Source: Torpedo marmorata | Lineage: Eukaryota | Length of the DNA: 64,000 bases | NCBI GenBank assembly: GCA_977017645.1 | Contig: OZ360237.1 | Coordinates: forward strand, 8,618,001 to 8,682,000 | Direction: 5' to 3' | Part shown: positions 48,421 through 61,259 of the stretch, piece by piece | Layout: each line of letters begins with the position of its first letter | Numbering within the stretch: the stretch's first letter is position 1 | Notes under the pieces: generated by a model | Database searches by the model: none | What the model saw: only the letters and a program-made list of their open reading frames with translations | What the model was told of the DNA's origin: nothing | Program-made: the position numbers and the translations under genes

Positions 48421-51400
48421 TAAGATTCCTCTGTACACACACAAAGTGAGATGTAAATTATGCTCTTAAAGTAGCTGTATTTAGATAATGCATTTTGCAG
48501 TACTGGAGCAATGTGGTTTCTAAAAATGTATGAAGAACTGCGAGATCTGGAGAGGTAGTTATGCAAAGCTATTTAATCAGTGATATCTAGGTACTGTTTT
48601 TAATAATCCTCAATCTGCATGAGTATAAGTAATCCACAAAAATGCACATAGAGAATTTTCATTTCTTTTTGTATTCTATTATTATTGAGAACAGTGCAAA
48701 CTTTATTGTAAGTTTCCAAAGTGATCTTAAATCAAGTACTCACACCTACCAAATACATGACCATCGTAATAACCATTATGATGCCAGACCGACAACCCAT
48801 GGGTAATTCTTTTTTTGGCTTACTCTATATTTTGTACTGTCACCCCCTTTTCACTTGTACCCATTCGTTAGTCTTCTTTGCAATCACATTGCTGATTTGA
48901 TAATACTGAGCATAAATTGCATAAGTAGATACTGTGAACCGTTTTTGGTATTAGTATTGAGGAACAATGACCAGTGGCAATAATCATCCAAGCAGATTGC
49001 AAGAGTAGACTCCTTTTTAGCCAAACATGGCTTTTTGTTATGGGAACTGCTGCTTAGCTTGAGTCATGCAGCTGAAATAATGGCTATGTGTATGGTTTCC
49101 AGAAAATTTGACATGGTACTTGCTTCTTATTGTTGGGTATGTTCATTTTGCTATCTCTGAAAAGAGCTCATCCACATAAAATGTGTCAGCATGGTATTTG
49201 AAGTGTTACAGTTGACTAATAAAGTATGATTGACAGTGTGCAGACAGTCATTCCACTGGGTGAATGAAGCTACCAAGTAATACTCTAAAGCCTGACTGGG
49301 TAGGCTGCCAGGAAAATGTTTTACTTTTTACAATACAAAACAGGTGGCAGAGATTCAGTGTGAAATTATTAGATTTTTATGCAAGGAAGAGAGTATTGGA
49401 AAAACAGTGCAGTAATATTGTGCCTCCTCAATCTCCAGGATCCTGGCAAAGAAAAGGCAACTCTTGGCTTGAGCCAGTGGTGCCTCTGATAGTTACTGCT
49501 ACTGAATGAAGGCTTTTCATTTGTATGCTGTTGAACAATAGTGCATAGATGATAGAAAGCTACTGTATATGGAGGTATATAGCAAAGAAGATGTAAAGAA
49601 AAGTTGACTGTACAGGAAAAGGGAAACATTTGTTGAAAGGATAAATTGTTGTAAGGAGGGAAGGAGGCTCATGTTGAGCCCAAACAGTCGACATAGACAG
49701 AGGAAGAAATGACATTCTTTTGTAAATTATATTACTAAGGCCACCTGAAACAGTCTCACTATCCGTACTCTCCTCTCCACAGTTTTTATATTAGCTAAAA
49801 CCAGAATCAAGGACAGATTGAAAGACAGTTTCTTTCCTTATGTGTTAGAGTCTTGAATGCACCTCCCGTTAGTGTAAGACATTGGTTCTAAACCTTTTTT
49901 TTCCACTCACATACCACCTTAAGTAATCCCTTACTAACTACAGAGCACCTATGGTATCCTAGTACATGTGACAATAAACAATTCAATATTATAGAAGGCC
50001 AAACTTGTTCAATGATACAGTTGTGAAGTTGAACAGTAGGTCCTCGAGCATTGTCATAAAATGGTGTGGATGGGCCTGAAGATGCCTTGCTCATGAAATT
50101 TTGGAAGCCGTTGACAGCTGGCAAAATCTCACCTCAGATATGCAGGCGTTTTCACAACTGTCAGGGTTTTAATGTTTCTAAAGATCTTAAACAATCAAAA
50201 ATATTTATTAGTGGAGTTTAAAGTGTTGCTGCATTGTTTTATTGAAAGCTTTCTCCCAAGCTGTCCTGATTCAGACCACTTGTCACGGAGAGATGATCTT
50301 GACAGATCAAGAAGAACCAAGATGTGATCTTTTGTCTCACTAATCATAGCCATATGGAGCCTGTCCTAAAATGGCTTTAACATCTTTGGGCCAGGGAGAA
50401 GGAAAAGTCAACCAGATTTCCTACTTCACATTTATTATCTTGTCATAACTGATGGGAAGTCATGACAAAGTAGCAGAATGTAGATAACAAAATTGGGCTT
50501 GGCTATGAGGATTAAATAGGCAGTCAATAGGTTAATCATTATATAACATTCTGTTGGCATCTGTGACGCTACTTTTCAATCCCTGCCATGCCCCCTTCCC
50601 CCCACTCACCTCCACAGGACTATTTCTTTTAACGTTGCAAGGGATACAGGGGATACTGTACCAAGTTAGCGGCATTATGACACCACTTGTTAATGATCCA
50701 TATCAGTGGCTGTATGAAAAGAATGTCTTTTCAATCTGCTAGGAATGAATTAAAAGCTGGAAGTTTCCCCGGGGAACTGGACTCAAACTGACAGATTGTG
50801 TCAATCTTACTGGATAAATGCCTTTGACAGAAGTATGCCTGAGAGAAAAGGAATATCATCCAACTTATAAAAACACTAACAAAGGTGACAAGTACCGTAA
50901 TTCTTCTCTTAAGAAAACTGCAGTAAGGCTTGCTCTGTTGCAATTTGTTTTGGAGCACACCTTCCCTTAAGATTGACTGCAATCCCAGTCTCCCTGAGGG
51001 AATGTGACTTCTCAGCAGTTACTAATAGAGCCTGGAGGTACTAGCCTCTCATTTCCTGTGACATGACTAATTATTGTTTAATGAGTGGCCCAAGTAGGGT
51101 TATAAGCATTACAGTATGTAAGTATTAATCAATCAAAGTGTGATGATAAAAGCTTATCCTTCTTTCATCCCATTGTGCTACATAGACTGAATTTCAAAAC
51201 AATTAAGATTCAAATTAACTCAGTGAAACTAATTCAATGTGTTTAGAGTTTTGTCACATGTTAAATTATATTTGTGAAGATTATTGTCTTATCAATGTTC
51301 AGAATTGGTATAAATGAAAGTGAGTTTAAAATGTCAAAAAAGCCATGTGAAATATTCAGAGGATCTTGTATATGTTCAATAATTCTTCTGGATAATGTTA

Positions 51401-51514
51401 TTTTATTTCTTTGAGTATTCTATTAAGCTCTTTTTAAGAAGGGCTTGGGTGGTTCAATGCCCTCTCAGTTGCCCTCTCATCTGTGGGAATGGTAGTGAAC
51501 TGTTGGAATGAATG

Positions 51515-52218
51515 AAGGTGAGCAAATTTAAGATCTTGGGAGTCACTATCTCGGAGGATCATTCCTGGACCTAACACACTAATGGCATTGTGAAGAAATC
51601 ACGTCAGCGCCTCTACTTCCTCAGAAGTTTACGAAGGTTTGGTATGACATTGGAAACCCTGACAAATTTCTACAGATGTGTGGTGGAAAGTGTGCTGACC
51701 GGCTGTGTCATGGACTGGTATGGGGACACCAATACCCCTGAGCAGAAAGCCTTGCAAAAGGTAGTGGACACAGCCCAGGACATCACAGATAAAACTGTCC
51801 CCACCATCGAGAACATCTACAGGGAACGTTGCCATCAGAGAGCAGCAGCAATCATCAAGGATGCCCATCACCCAGCACACGCTTTGTTCTCGCTGCTATC
51901 ATCAGGGAAGAGGTATAGGTGCCACAAGACTCGCACCAGTAGGTTTAGGAACAGCTGCTACCCCTCCACCATCCGACTCCTCAACAACAAACTCAATGGG
52001 ACTCATTTAAGGACTCTTACTTTTGCACTTTATTGAGTTTTTTCTCTCTGTATTGCACAGTCAGTTTGGTTACATTTCTATATAATTTTACCTGTGTACG
52101 TCGAGTACCGTTTTTGTGCTACCAATAAGTGGTAATTCTGCCTCTCTCGCAGGAAAAAGAATCTCAGGGTTGTATGTGATGTTATGTATGTACTCGAACA
52201 ATAAATCCGAAATCTGAA
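51515..52218 (+). mobile_element. Rex1/Babar 3' fragment (third subfamily)
   Basis: ORF 51590-52036 (KSRQRLYFLRSLRRFG, HPAHALFSLL.SGKRYR, IRLLN). Tail CAATAAATCCGAAATCTGAA. Confidence 0.92.
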
Positions 52219-53127
52219 TGGGTGGCACGGTTGGAACAGCAGTTAGATCAGTTCGTTTTAGATCACCTAATTGGCTGTGTTTTTTTTCTTTAAGATTTCA
52301 AAATAGTCAAGAAATTGTAGAATTTAATTTCTCCTATTGAGTTGGAAAAATGCAGTGGATGGTTTGGGAAATGAGAAAGGATAGATAATTACATGATGAA
52401 TTCTTGAATATAATGCTGGCATAAGGCACTGATTGCACGAAGGTAACTTGGAACACAATCTGGTCATTTATGTATTTAAATATCCACATTCCACTAAAGA
52501 GCCTAGTACAACTGGTATCTGATTGAAACACAAAAGAATAGAGCAATAGGGACAAAATTGCTGCACCAGTAGGAAATGGGAACCTCTCTGAGTACTCTGT
52601 GGACAGCTCTAGATTATTTCATTATTACAAAGACTTCTAGTTAATGCTCCTTAAAGATTCAGTGTGGAATTTCCTTTCAGTCACTGTAAATCATTCACCG
52701 TAAATTCATAAAGTGTACAGCCACTAAAAAAGCTATTTGTGAAACAACTCAATAGTTCCTAATGCCCAAAATAATAATGGTAAGAGACATTGAAAGCTTG
52801 TTGAATGTTTTACTTTTAGAATTTGGAATAGCTAATATATACAAAATATTTTTGATTTTTAATTGTTATTTTGAGAGACTCCTAAATCTAGTTTAATTGA
52901 GCAATAGATGCTTAAGGTGGAAATATTAGAGTGCTTTTACTTCTTTGGAAGAAAGTTTGTATTGTTAATGCTTTTGTACCAACCTTCATCGGTATGCAGT
53001 ACAGTTTGTTCCAATCAGTCTCGTACAGTGTTTTGTGCCAATTCTCTCAGCTATTTACCGATATCTCATTAACATCCTTGCCTATTCTACATATATTTCT
53101 GGGTAATATTTGTTGAACATCGAAAAG

Positions 53128-53363
53128 GGTTAGCGTAGCGGTTAGCGCAAGGCTGTTACAGCTCCAGTGACCCGGGTTTGAATCCGGTGCTGTCTGTAAG
53201 GAGCTTGAACATTGTCCCCGTGTCTGCGTGGGTTTCCTTCGGGTGCTCCAGTTTCCTCCCACCCTTCAAAACGTACTGGGGCTGTAGGTCAATTGGTTGT
53301 AATTGGGCGGCACGGGCTCGTGGGCCGGAAGGGCCTGTTACCGTGCTGTATGTCTAAATTAAA
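53128..53363 (+). mobile_element. V-SINE (HE1-like)
   Basis: Head GGTTAGCGTAGCGGTTAGCGCAA, V-domain and tail. Confidence 0.9.
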
Positions 53364-55532
53364 TTACATTAAAAGAAAATTCTTACTATTCTTGCAACTA
53401 AAAAGTTCATTTTGTATTGTGATTTCTTGGCATATTTGGAATATTTTGTAGTTAAATTTAAAAACTACTCTGCCTGAACATTTGACTCAATATCATGATG
53501 CATCACAAGGTGGGGTACAGTACTGTATCTTTGGAAAACCTCCTCCCAGTAAACACTAAAATAAAGGTGCATCATCTTAATACAATTCATTTCACAATTT
53601 GTGTAAAAAAAATTTTTTTGCAGTTAGAGTCAGGTTTATTTGTGAGTTTGATCACTAGCTGCATTACAGAATGCTGTCACATTGAAAGATGAATGATAAG
53701 CTGGTGTTATCATCAAGGACAGTCCGTGACTTCCAAGTCGGGGTACAAAAATGCAACTTTAGCTCGGCAGAAATAGGATATCCATTTTGATATAGAGAGA
53801 CGCTTGGCATTGTTGGCGAACTGTAAAGGCAGACAGCAGTTAGGCCATAATGCTAACTAATTATATGCAAGTAGTTGTTGAATGTAATGCTACATGTAGG
53901 GATAATCCACAAGTCAAAACATCTCATCACATTCGAGCTGTAGGCATTGAGTTGTTTTCATCTGCTGAAACTCAGTGACAGAATTGCCCAAGTTTAAATG
54001 CATGTCATTAAAATTTACCATGTTTGTGGGCTGTACGATAAAATAACCTTTCCAGATTTCATAGCGAGGCTGTAGTCCTTTCATCACATTCAGCGAGTTG
54101 TCACCAGTATCAGCATTTCATTCTATTGTCTTCTTCTTTTACACAGAGAAACATATCCTGATAAAGCAGCAATATGTTTGTAACCTGTTTTATTAAATAC
54201 ACCCACTGATTGCTTTGCGAGGGATCATCCTGTCGATGAATAACCTTTGTATAAATATGCTACATTGCTGCCAAGACTCAGGCAAACAATAAAAAAGAAA
54301 TGTGAGTGATAGAGAAAGAGGAACAGAGGTTACAGGAAAGCATTGAGAAATGCTGAAGAGAAATATAGCTGTAAAGATGACATGAAGAAAGCCTAATAGA
54401 ATATTTACATAAATTAGAAGAAATTCAATTAATTGGAGCAACTTCTCATATTCACACTTTAAAAAAAATTCATGTTTAAAAAATAGTTTTCTTGTGACTG
54501 ATCTATAATTTGATAATATTTGTAGATAAGCAATGACCACTGAGAATGTTGTTAGGGAACTGACTGGGTGGATCATGATTACACAAGAGTGATGAACTAA
54601 CATAGATGTGAGGAGAGGATTGCAGAGTTAAAGACAATATATATGAATTATAATTCATCTTACTTATGCTCTCTGTTACATATCCAAACCAATTGATCCT
54701 AATAGCATAACCAGTGACTTCCATTTACCTCAACGAGTTGTTGCCTTTTAACGCATACTCTCAAGCACTGCATTTTGCAGAACCAAAAGACTTTGGAACA
54801 ACAAAATTCGCATTACCAAAAGAGGTGTCTTGACCCATTCAATCTGTATATGTTTCTTGTATAACCAATCTGAAACTAATCTCATGTGAACTGCTTTCTC
54901 CAGTAACATGAACAGATTGATGAGATGATCAGGGTAACAGCCATTCCTGGTCATCGGATCTTCTCAGGAATATTCCTGGTACTTCATTCAGAACAACAGA
55001 GCAAAAATAATTGCTTGCTTTGTGCCATGTCAGTTGATTGAGTTTATTCATTTGATAATGCATCCTAACCTCATGCAGAAACAGCCTGAAACAATTTTTC
55101 AAAGAAAGGGTATGGTATATTGACTTCTTCCATTTTGACTATGGGAAAGACTTGCAGTTAAGTGGCATTTGAGGTTGTCAGTATGCTTTCACAATATAAG
55201 TGAATTATAAGTTTTGCTTAATAGAGTTTTGGAAAGTCTACTGGAGTTGTAAATGTCTCCTTTCATTTCCTTAGTGTCTTTTGTTGGTGTGAGGTGTTTC
55301 ACCAGCAACAACATTTCAATGGGTGATGGAATTCAAATGAAAGTTGATTGAGAGATCAGCACCAGGACAATATATTTATATGGATTTGATTTTTGATGGA
55401 CTTTTCTTTTTTTTTTTAACCCCATTCTTCTAAAAATACTGTCTCAACCTGATATAGCTGGCTTCTAATGTGTAACTCAATGGGTGGACCCAATATCAAG
55501 CCTAATGATATCTTGGAGTCCACCTATTCATT

Positions 55533-55812
55533 AAGAGTCACTAAGTTTAATTAAGCCTGCGGGGTGGGCGACGACCCTCCAACGTCTTCTTTCCTTTTCT
55601 ATTTCAACCTTTTCTTATTCTATTCCTCTCTTTTCTTTCATTTAGGGGGGAATTGGGTGGGTGGGTTTTCCTTTGTTTGTAATTTTGTTGTTTTTTTAGT
55701 ATAATAGTCAACAGATGAATATTATATTTGATGATGTATTATTTTTGTTATTGATAATATGTTTGGCTTTAAAAAATACAAATAAAATATTCAAAAAAAA
55801 AGAGTCACTAAG
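55533..55812 (+). mobile_element. L1-mediated insertion (probable L1/Tx1 3'UTR, ~254 bp)
   Basis: 13-bp TSD AAGAGTCACTAAG at 55533-55545 and 55800-55812. G-tract, AATAAA, polyA. TT/AA target. Confidence 0.85.
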
Positions 55813-55863
55813 GTTGGGTTATATCTGATAGATTGAAGAGTGAAAGCAGATCCATGGAACTCA

Positions 55864-55959
55864 GTAAAGGTAAAGGTTCCATTATTGTCACGTAATACTA
55901 CATTTAGAATGTAACATACATGAAATTCTTTAATTTTTGTCTACCGTAAGGCAAAGACA
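55864..55959 (-). mobile_element. 3' end related to the GC-rich element family, with (CCTTTA)n tail
   Basis: TTATTGTCACGTAATA..CATGAAATT..GTCTACCGTAAGGCA matches 36874-36940. Confidence 0.65.
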
Positions 55960-56269
55960 AAATGCTTCACATACAGTGAATCAGTTAGAAGCATAAAGAA
56001 TGTTGTTGGATGAGAAATCAAAAACTGGCAAATTGTAAGAAGATGAATGTCAATTATTCTGATCCCCTTTCAGGAAGGAATATTGTCAGATTACATGAGG
56101 ATTCTATAATTTTCTTCAAATGGTTAAAATGATCAGAACTTTAATGTTTATTTACATCACAGTCAGTCTTGAATTAAGTTCTTGTCCAAAGCTCAGTGCG
56201 TGTGACATTTCAAATTCAGTGCTGCTTTAGACTGTGAAGGAAGAAAGGTCCTGTACTCATTTAGCTCCT

Positions 56270-56526
56270 TATTTAGACATACGTACATACATACAGCACG
56301 GTAACAGGCCATTTCGGCCCACGAGTCTGTGCCGCCCAATTTACACCCAATTAACCTACACCCCCGGTACGTTTCGAATGATGGGAGGAAACCGGAGCCC
56401 CCGGGGAAACCCCACGCAGACACGGGGAGAACATACAAACTCCTTACAGACAGCGCGGGATTCAAACCCCGGTCCCGATCTCTGGCGCTGTAAAGGCTTT
56501 GCGCTAACCGCTACGGCAACCGTGCC
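56270..56526 (-). mobile_element. V-SINE (HE1-like)
   Basis: Near-identical to 30363-30640. Confidence 0.92.
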
Positions 56527-59500
56527 TAAAGTGTCTTCCAACCAATGGTTAATCTTTGAAGTGTGGTGATATTTTGTAGGCAACTGTTGTCACCAATTAA
56601 TATGTAATAAATGATTGGAAGACTTAAACACGAGACTGACTTACATGCTTACAGACAATTACAGATTGATATATTTTGATTCAGGCATGATAAAGGACCA
56701 GATCATCCTTGATGATACTTGTTGCAGCACAGAAGGAGGCCATTTGGTCCATTTAGTCCATGCTGGCTCCAGCCATAGCTATCATACCAGTCCTATATCC
56801 CTCTCCTATTTTCACTGTATCCTTGTGACCTATTCTTGCTTGTGCCCATCATCTCTTTTGATTTACCTACAGGAAAGGGTGATTTACAGTAGTCAATTAC
56901 CAACACGTGTTTTAATGGAGGGGCACACCAGACCACCTGGAGGAAACTCACAAGGTCATGGGAAGAACATAATAACTCCACAGACAATACTTGAGGTCAA
57001 GAGAGTACCCAGCACTCTGGAACTGTGAGATGGAGGCACTAATTGCTGTACCATAGTGCCCTCTAACCAATCCATTGCAGGATGCCTCCCACCATACTTG
57101 ACCCATGTAATGTTCTGATTCTCACTGTCCTAAAGCTTCAGTGTCATGGGCACCTCACAAAATAGAGCAGCCAGACCTGCCCCCAGATGGTTCCGAGATC
57201 CTACAGGCAGTGTGTGCAGTCAAATATATCTTCACTATATCTGAATGCCCCTTATCACTGGAGACAATAGGATACTGTTGAAATACATTTAAATAATTTA
57301 AAAATGGTTATTAAAAAATAAATGAATTTGAAAGCACATTTAAGCTCTGTAAATTAATTAAAATATTAATTTAAATTAAAACAAAGAAATAAAAACAAAA
57401 TCTTCGCTTCACTTCTCTTTTTGTAAATCGTCACTGGTGTAAAGCTGAGGAGTTATGAAGAGTGCAGGTAAAGCGTATCCAGCTTCTCAGCTTAGTATGA
57501 TTTAGAACTTCCGCTGAACTCGCACTGTATTCAGGGGTGCCATGGGATGTTGGATGCACTGGTGTAGAAGTCTAAAACCATTGGCTAGCTATCAGTGCGA
57601 TATGGCCAAACACTGCCCTTGCGTTCGAACCAGGATGAGAAAAAGTAAGGCCCATTGTGTGAAGTTGATACAAATAAAATGTGTATTTAAGTCTTCATAA
57701 AAATAACACTCCTTGTGAAATTTTTAAAATTAAATAAACCTTGTCTTTAGACTTATCTTAAATAAATTCTTGTATAAATACATTTCAGTATAATTTGATT
57801 ACAGGAAACAAATTTATTGGCTGAGTGAAAATGAGGGTTTGTTATTCCTAAAGAAAACACCTCATAGCTCAATTTTAAAAATTAAGTTATAATTTTTCAG
57901 CATACTGTTTTCACAGCTGTGTATAAGCATGTTCGTGCTTTAAGAACTGTAATATTTCTTTTACATACTCTGCTCTGGTAATTTGAATGTTACTTATAGG
58001 AGGTGAAAGGCTTTTGTTTTCGTTTCTCAATCTACCATCACTAATATCTGTCGTGAATTCAAACAGGTTCCTATAAAGTGAATAATTGATTCGCCACAAA
58101 GTGGTGCTCATTTTATGAGCTAATGTTCAGCGAGGAATTTACAGCTGTGAGTATAAAATGACAATACTGCATTGTCTGGAGACTTGAAATGGAGCAAGAC
58201 CTGTCCATCTACAGTCAATTTCTCGTGCAAATTCCTTACTTAATTTGGTATTTTCTCCCCTGTCCCTCACACCCAACACGTCCCTGTTGCATCTTTTCTA
58301 CTTCAGTCGAGCTGCTTCTCCTATATTCAGATTAACAAAAATGAATATGATGGAATTGAGGTGTAGGTTGAATTGACTCTGAAATAAAAATTGATTTAGC
58401 ATTTTTTTTAGGAAGGATATCAATGGAAAAGTCTTCAGATTCTGGTTCACCTGTCAGCATTTGCAGCAGTTTCTTTTTAAAAAAAAAACCTTCTCACGTT
58501 CTTGGGCTTTTCTTTTCCTGTGTATAAAGGGCCAGAAAACCATTTAGTACAATACATTGTAAGACTGGGGAGGAGAATACTGGTTGACAACACGTATTAA
58601 GCAAAATAACTGGATTAGACTGCGGAAAACATGGGAGTGTGAATTCAGTCTTTACTGTGGTGGATTGGAATCAAAAATGTCACATTATATATTTAAATGG
58701 GATTTAGAAACAGTATTAAAAAAACAGATGTAGTATTTTAGAAGCTGTTGTTGTTCTGGGACTTGAAATTCTTTGGAGAACTGTGCATTATCCCTCCGAG
58801 TACTGAATGTCCTTTGCAGCTTTCCAAATTCTCACGTTTCCTGTAAGATCCACAGAAAAAATTGTCTATGAATTGCTAATGCTGAACATTATAATGTGCA
58901 ATTGGAACAATATGTGTAATTGACCTGTCAATTCCATAAAACCTTAAAATCTAATGTCTAATGACATCCATGTGTTTGGGATAATTAGAGAATGACATTG
59001 TCGGTAAATAGATCACCGCAGTGGAACTGGAAACATAAGCAAATACAAATGCTGAAAAACTGAAAACAACATTAAAATAAAGGGCAGATCGAATAACACC
59101 TGAAGGGGAAAGATGGGTTAACATTTCAGGCCTGGTCCTTCATGAGGGACACATGGGAATTATTAACCTAGTTTCCTGTTTCATTTTGGCATCCTTTTGA
59201 CCACTCTTCCACAGTAAAGATTTGGAGTAAGTGTTACTTTTAACGTTGCATTTTCAAAGCAAATGTATTCTCACAATTTAAAAAAAATAAATGGCACCTA
59301 GAAGAGAGCTGGTTAATGTGCTAATGAAGATCTTTCCCCCTAAAGGCTGTGAACAATAAGCAATTCATTAACATCTCAGTATTCAATAAACACCTTACAA
59401 CCATTTTGGTAACATTACATGCAGATAAGTTGCTCTGATTGAAATAATCTTAAATGTTGCTCTGAGTTTTCATGCACTGTGAAATAAAGCAGCTGCGTAC

Positions 59501-61259
59501 ATCAAGCCTCATCTTACCAAATGTCTGCCTGGTCCACCTTCTGGGAGATTGAAGAAGCGCATGTGTGAAAGATATGAATGTCCTCTTCAGTACATAAAGG
59601 GATACTATTGTGACTGTATCATAGAAGTAGATATTGAGCAGTCTTGGTAGCTTTCCATAAACGATCGTCTAACCATTTAAGGGAATGGCAGATGCCCCTG
59701 AACCTAAACAAAATCTAAACCAAAACCCTCTCTTGTATCACTTCTACTTGCATATGCCAATTTATCAATTGTGAGTTTCCAATTTTTTATTTCGTAAAAT
59801 TGAAATTAGTTTTGATCTTAAAGTTGTATTTATGTAAAATAATCATTTATCTTTAGCTGTAATAGGTTTTGTAATAAATGTATTTAAATGATGTGTCAGG
59901 TAAATAATAGGAGTACTCAAAGAGATGGAACTATTGTTAGAATGAAATATCAATGTTGATAAATGAAATTATATGTTTGATATCCAGGATTGGCTGATCG
60001 AGTGGAAATCTCACAGTTTAAAAAATATCCTCTTAAAAACATCCCCAGCACAATGAAAGGCATTTTTTCATACATTATGTTGACCTTTAGCCAAAGTTCA
60101 CTGTGTTATATTTGTCATAGTGATCAGGGTGTTTTGAACCTCAGGATCCACGAACCTGGTGAAAAGACAACAAACAAGATGTTTTGTTAACAATAGTTAC
60201 ATTTTATCTTTTTATGATGGATGCCACAATTCACTTAACAGTATAAAAATGACTTATTTACATCCATTTTACTGAACTAACAGTTGATCAGTTGTAGCAG
60301 TTTATGAGAACACTGTCCACCAAACAGCAAAGCTGTCTTGTCATCCTTTCCATGAAGACACATTACTGTTTCTTTCATATCTGTGTAGAGTTGTGTAGTG
60401 CTACTAAACAGGTCAACATTTGTAACACAACACATTGTGTGTTGCCTGACCATCGCATGTCAACAGATTGCAGAAATTCCAGAGTTTCAAGACAATTTCC
60501 TTTCTTGATTTCCAAAGTACTGAAAAGTTGTGGCGTTACTGCTTTTAGCCTCCTTACTTTTGAGCATTGCAAGCCAATCGCCTTTGTCTGGACAATTATT
60601 GGCGGTGCTATCTCAGTCAAAATTAATATCCACCCACCACATTGTGAATGTAAGATAAAAACACTTTTATTTCATTTTGAACAAGAACTTCAAAATTTTG
60701 TGGGAGTGGCATGAATTAATTTTCTTTGCTATTTTTACAAAACCCTATTGAAACAGATGACAATCCATCGTTCTTGGTCAATGGGCAATATTGCTTTAGT
60801 AAAATAGCTTGGCAAAGTGGATGACTTTTAAATATGGATAACTACTTCTAAAGATTTTGTGTCTGCGCCTTGGTAGAAAATATCTTCTTTACTGTTTACC
60901 ATTTGCCATCCACCTTCTACGTAAGTAAATGCATGATATTGGAATTAACAAAGATTTGTCATCCATGACAAGTAAGTCTACATAAAGTTTATTTAATTGT
61001 TTTAATTTTGGATTGACAGTAAGTACTTGTAATCGGTAACAGAGAGGTATGAAACCAAATGGAATCAAATTGCCTAGGAGTTCAAGTAACATTTAATACA
61101 TCTAATATCCAAAAAAAAAGGTAAATGTTGATTAGCCAATAATTTCAAAGGCCACAAAAAAGCTTGTATCCTTTATCTGAAATCGGGAATTTTTAAGGTG
61201 AAGAATAATAATTTCTGAGTCTGGTTTAATGAGTGACAGAAGATGAAGAAGGAGTCTAA

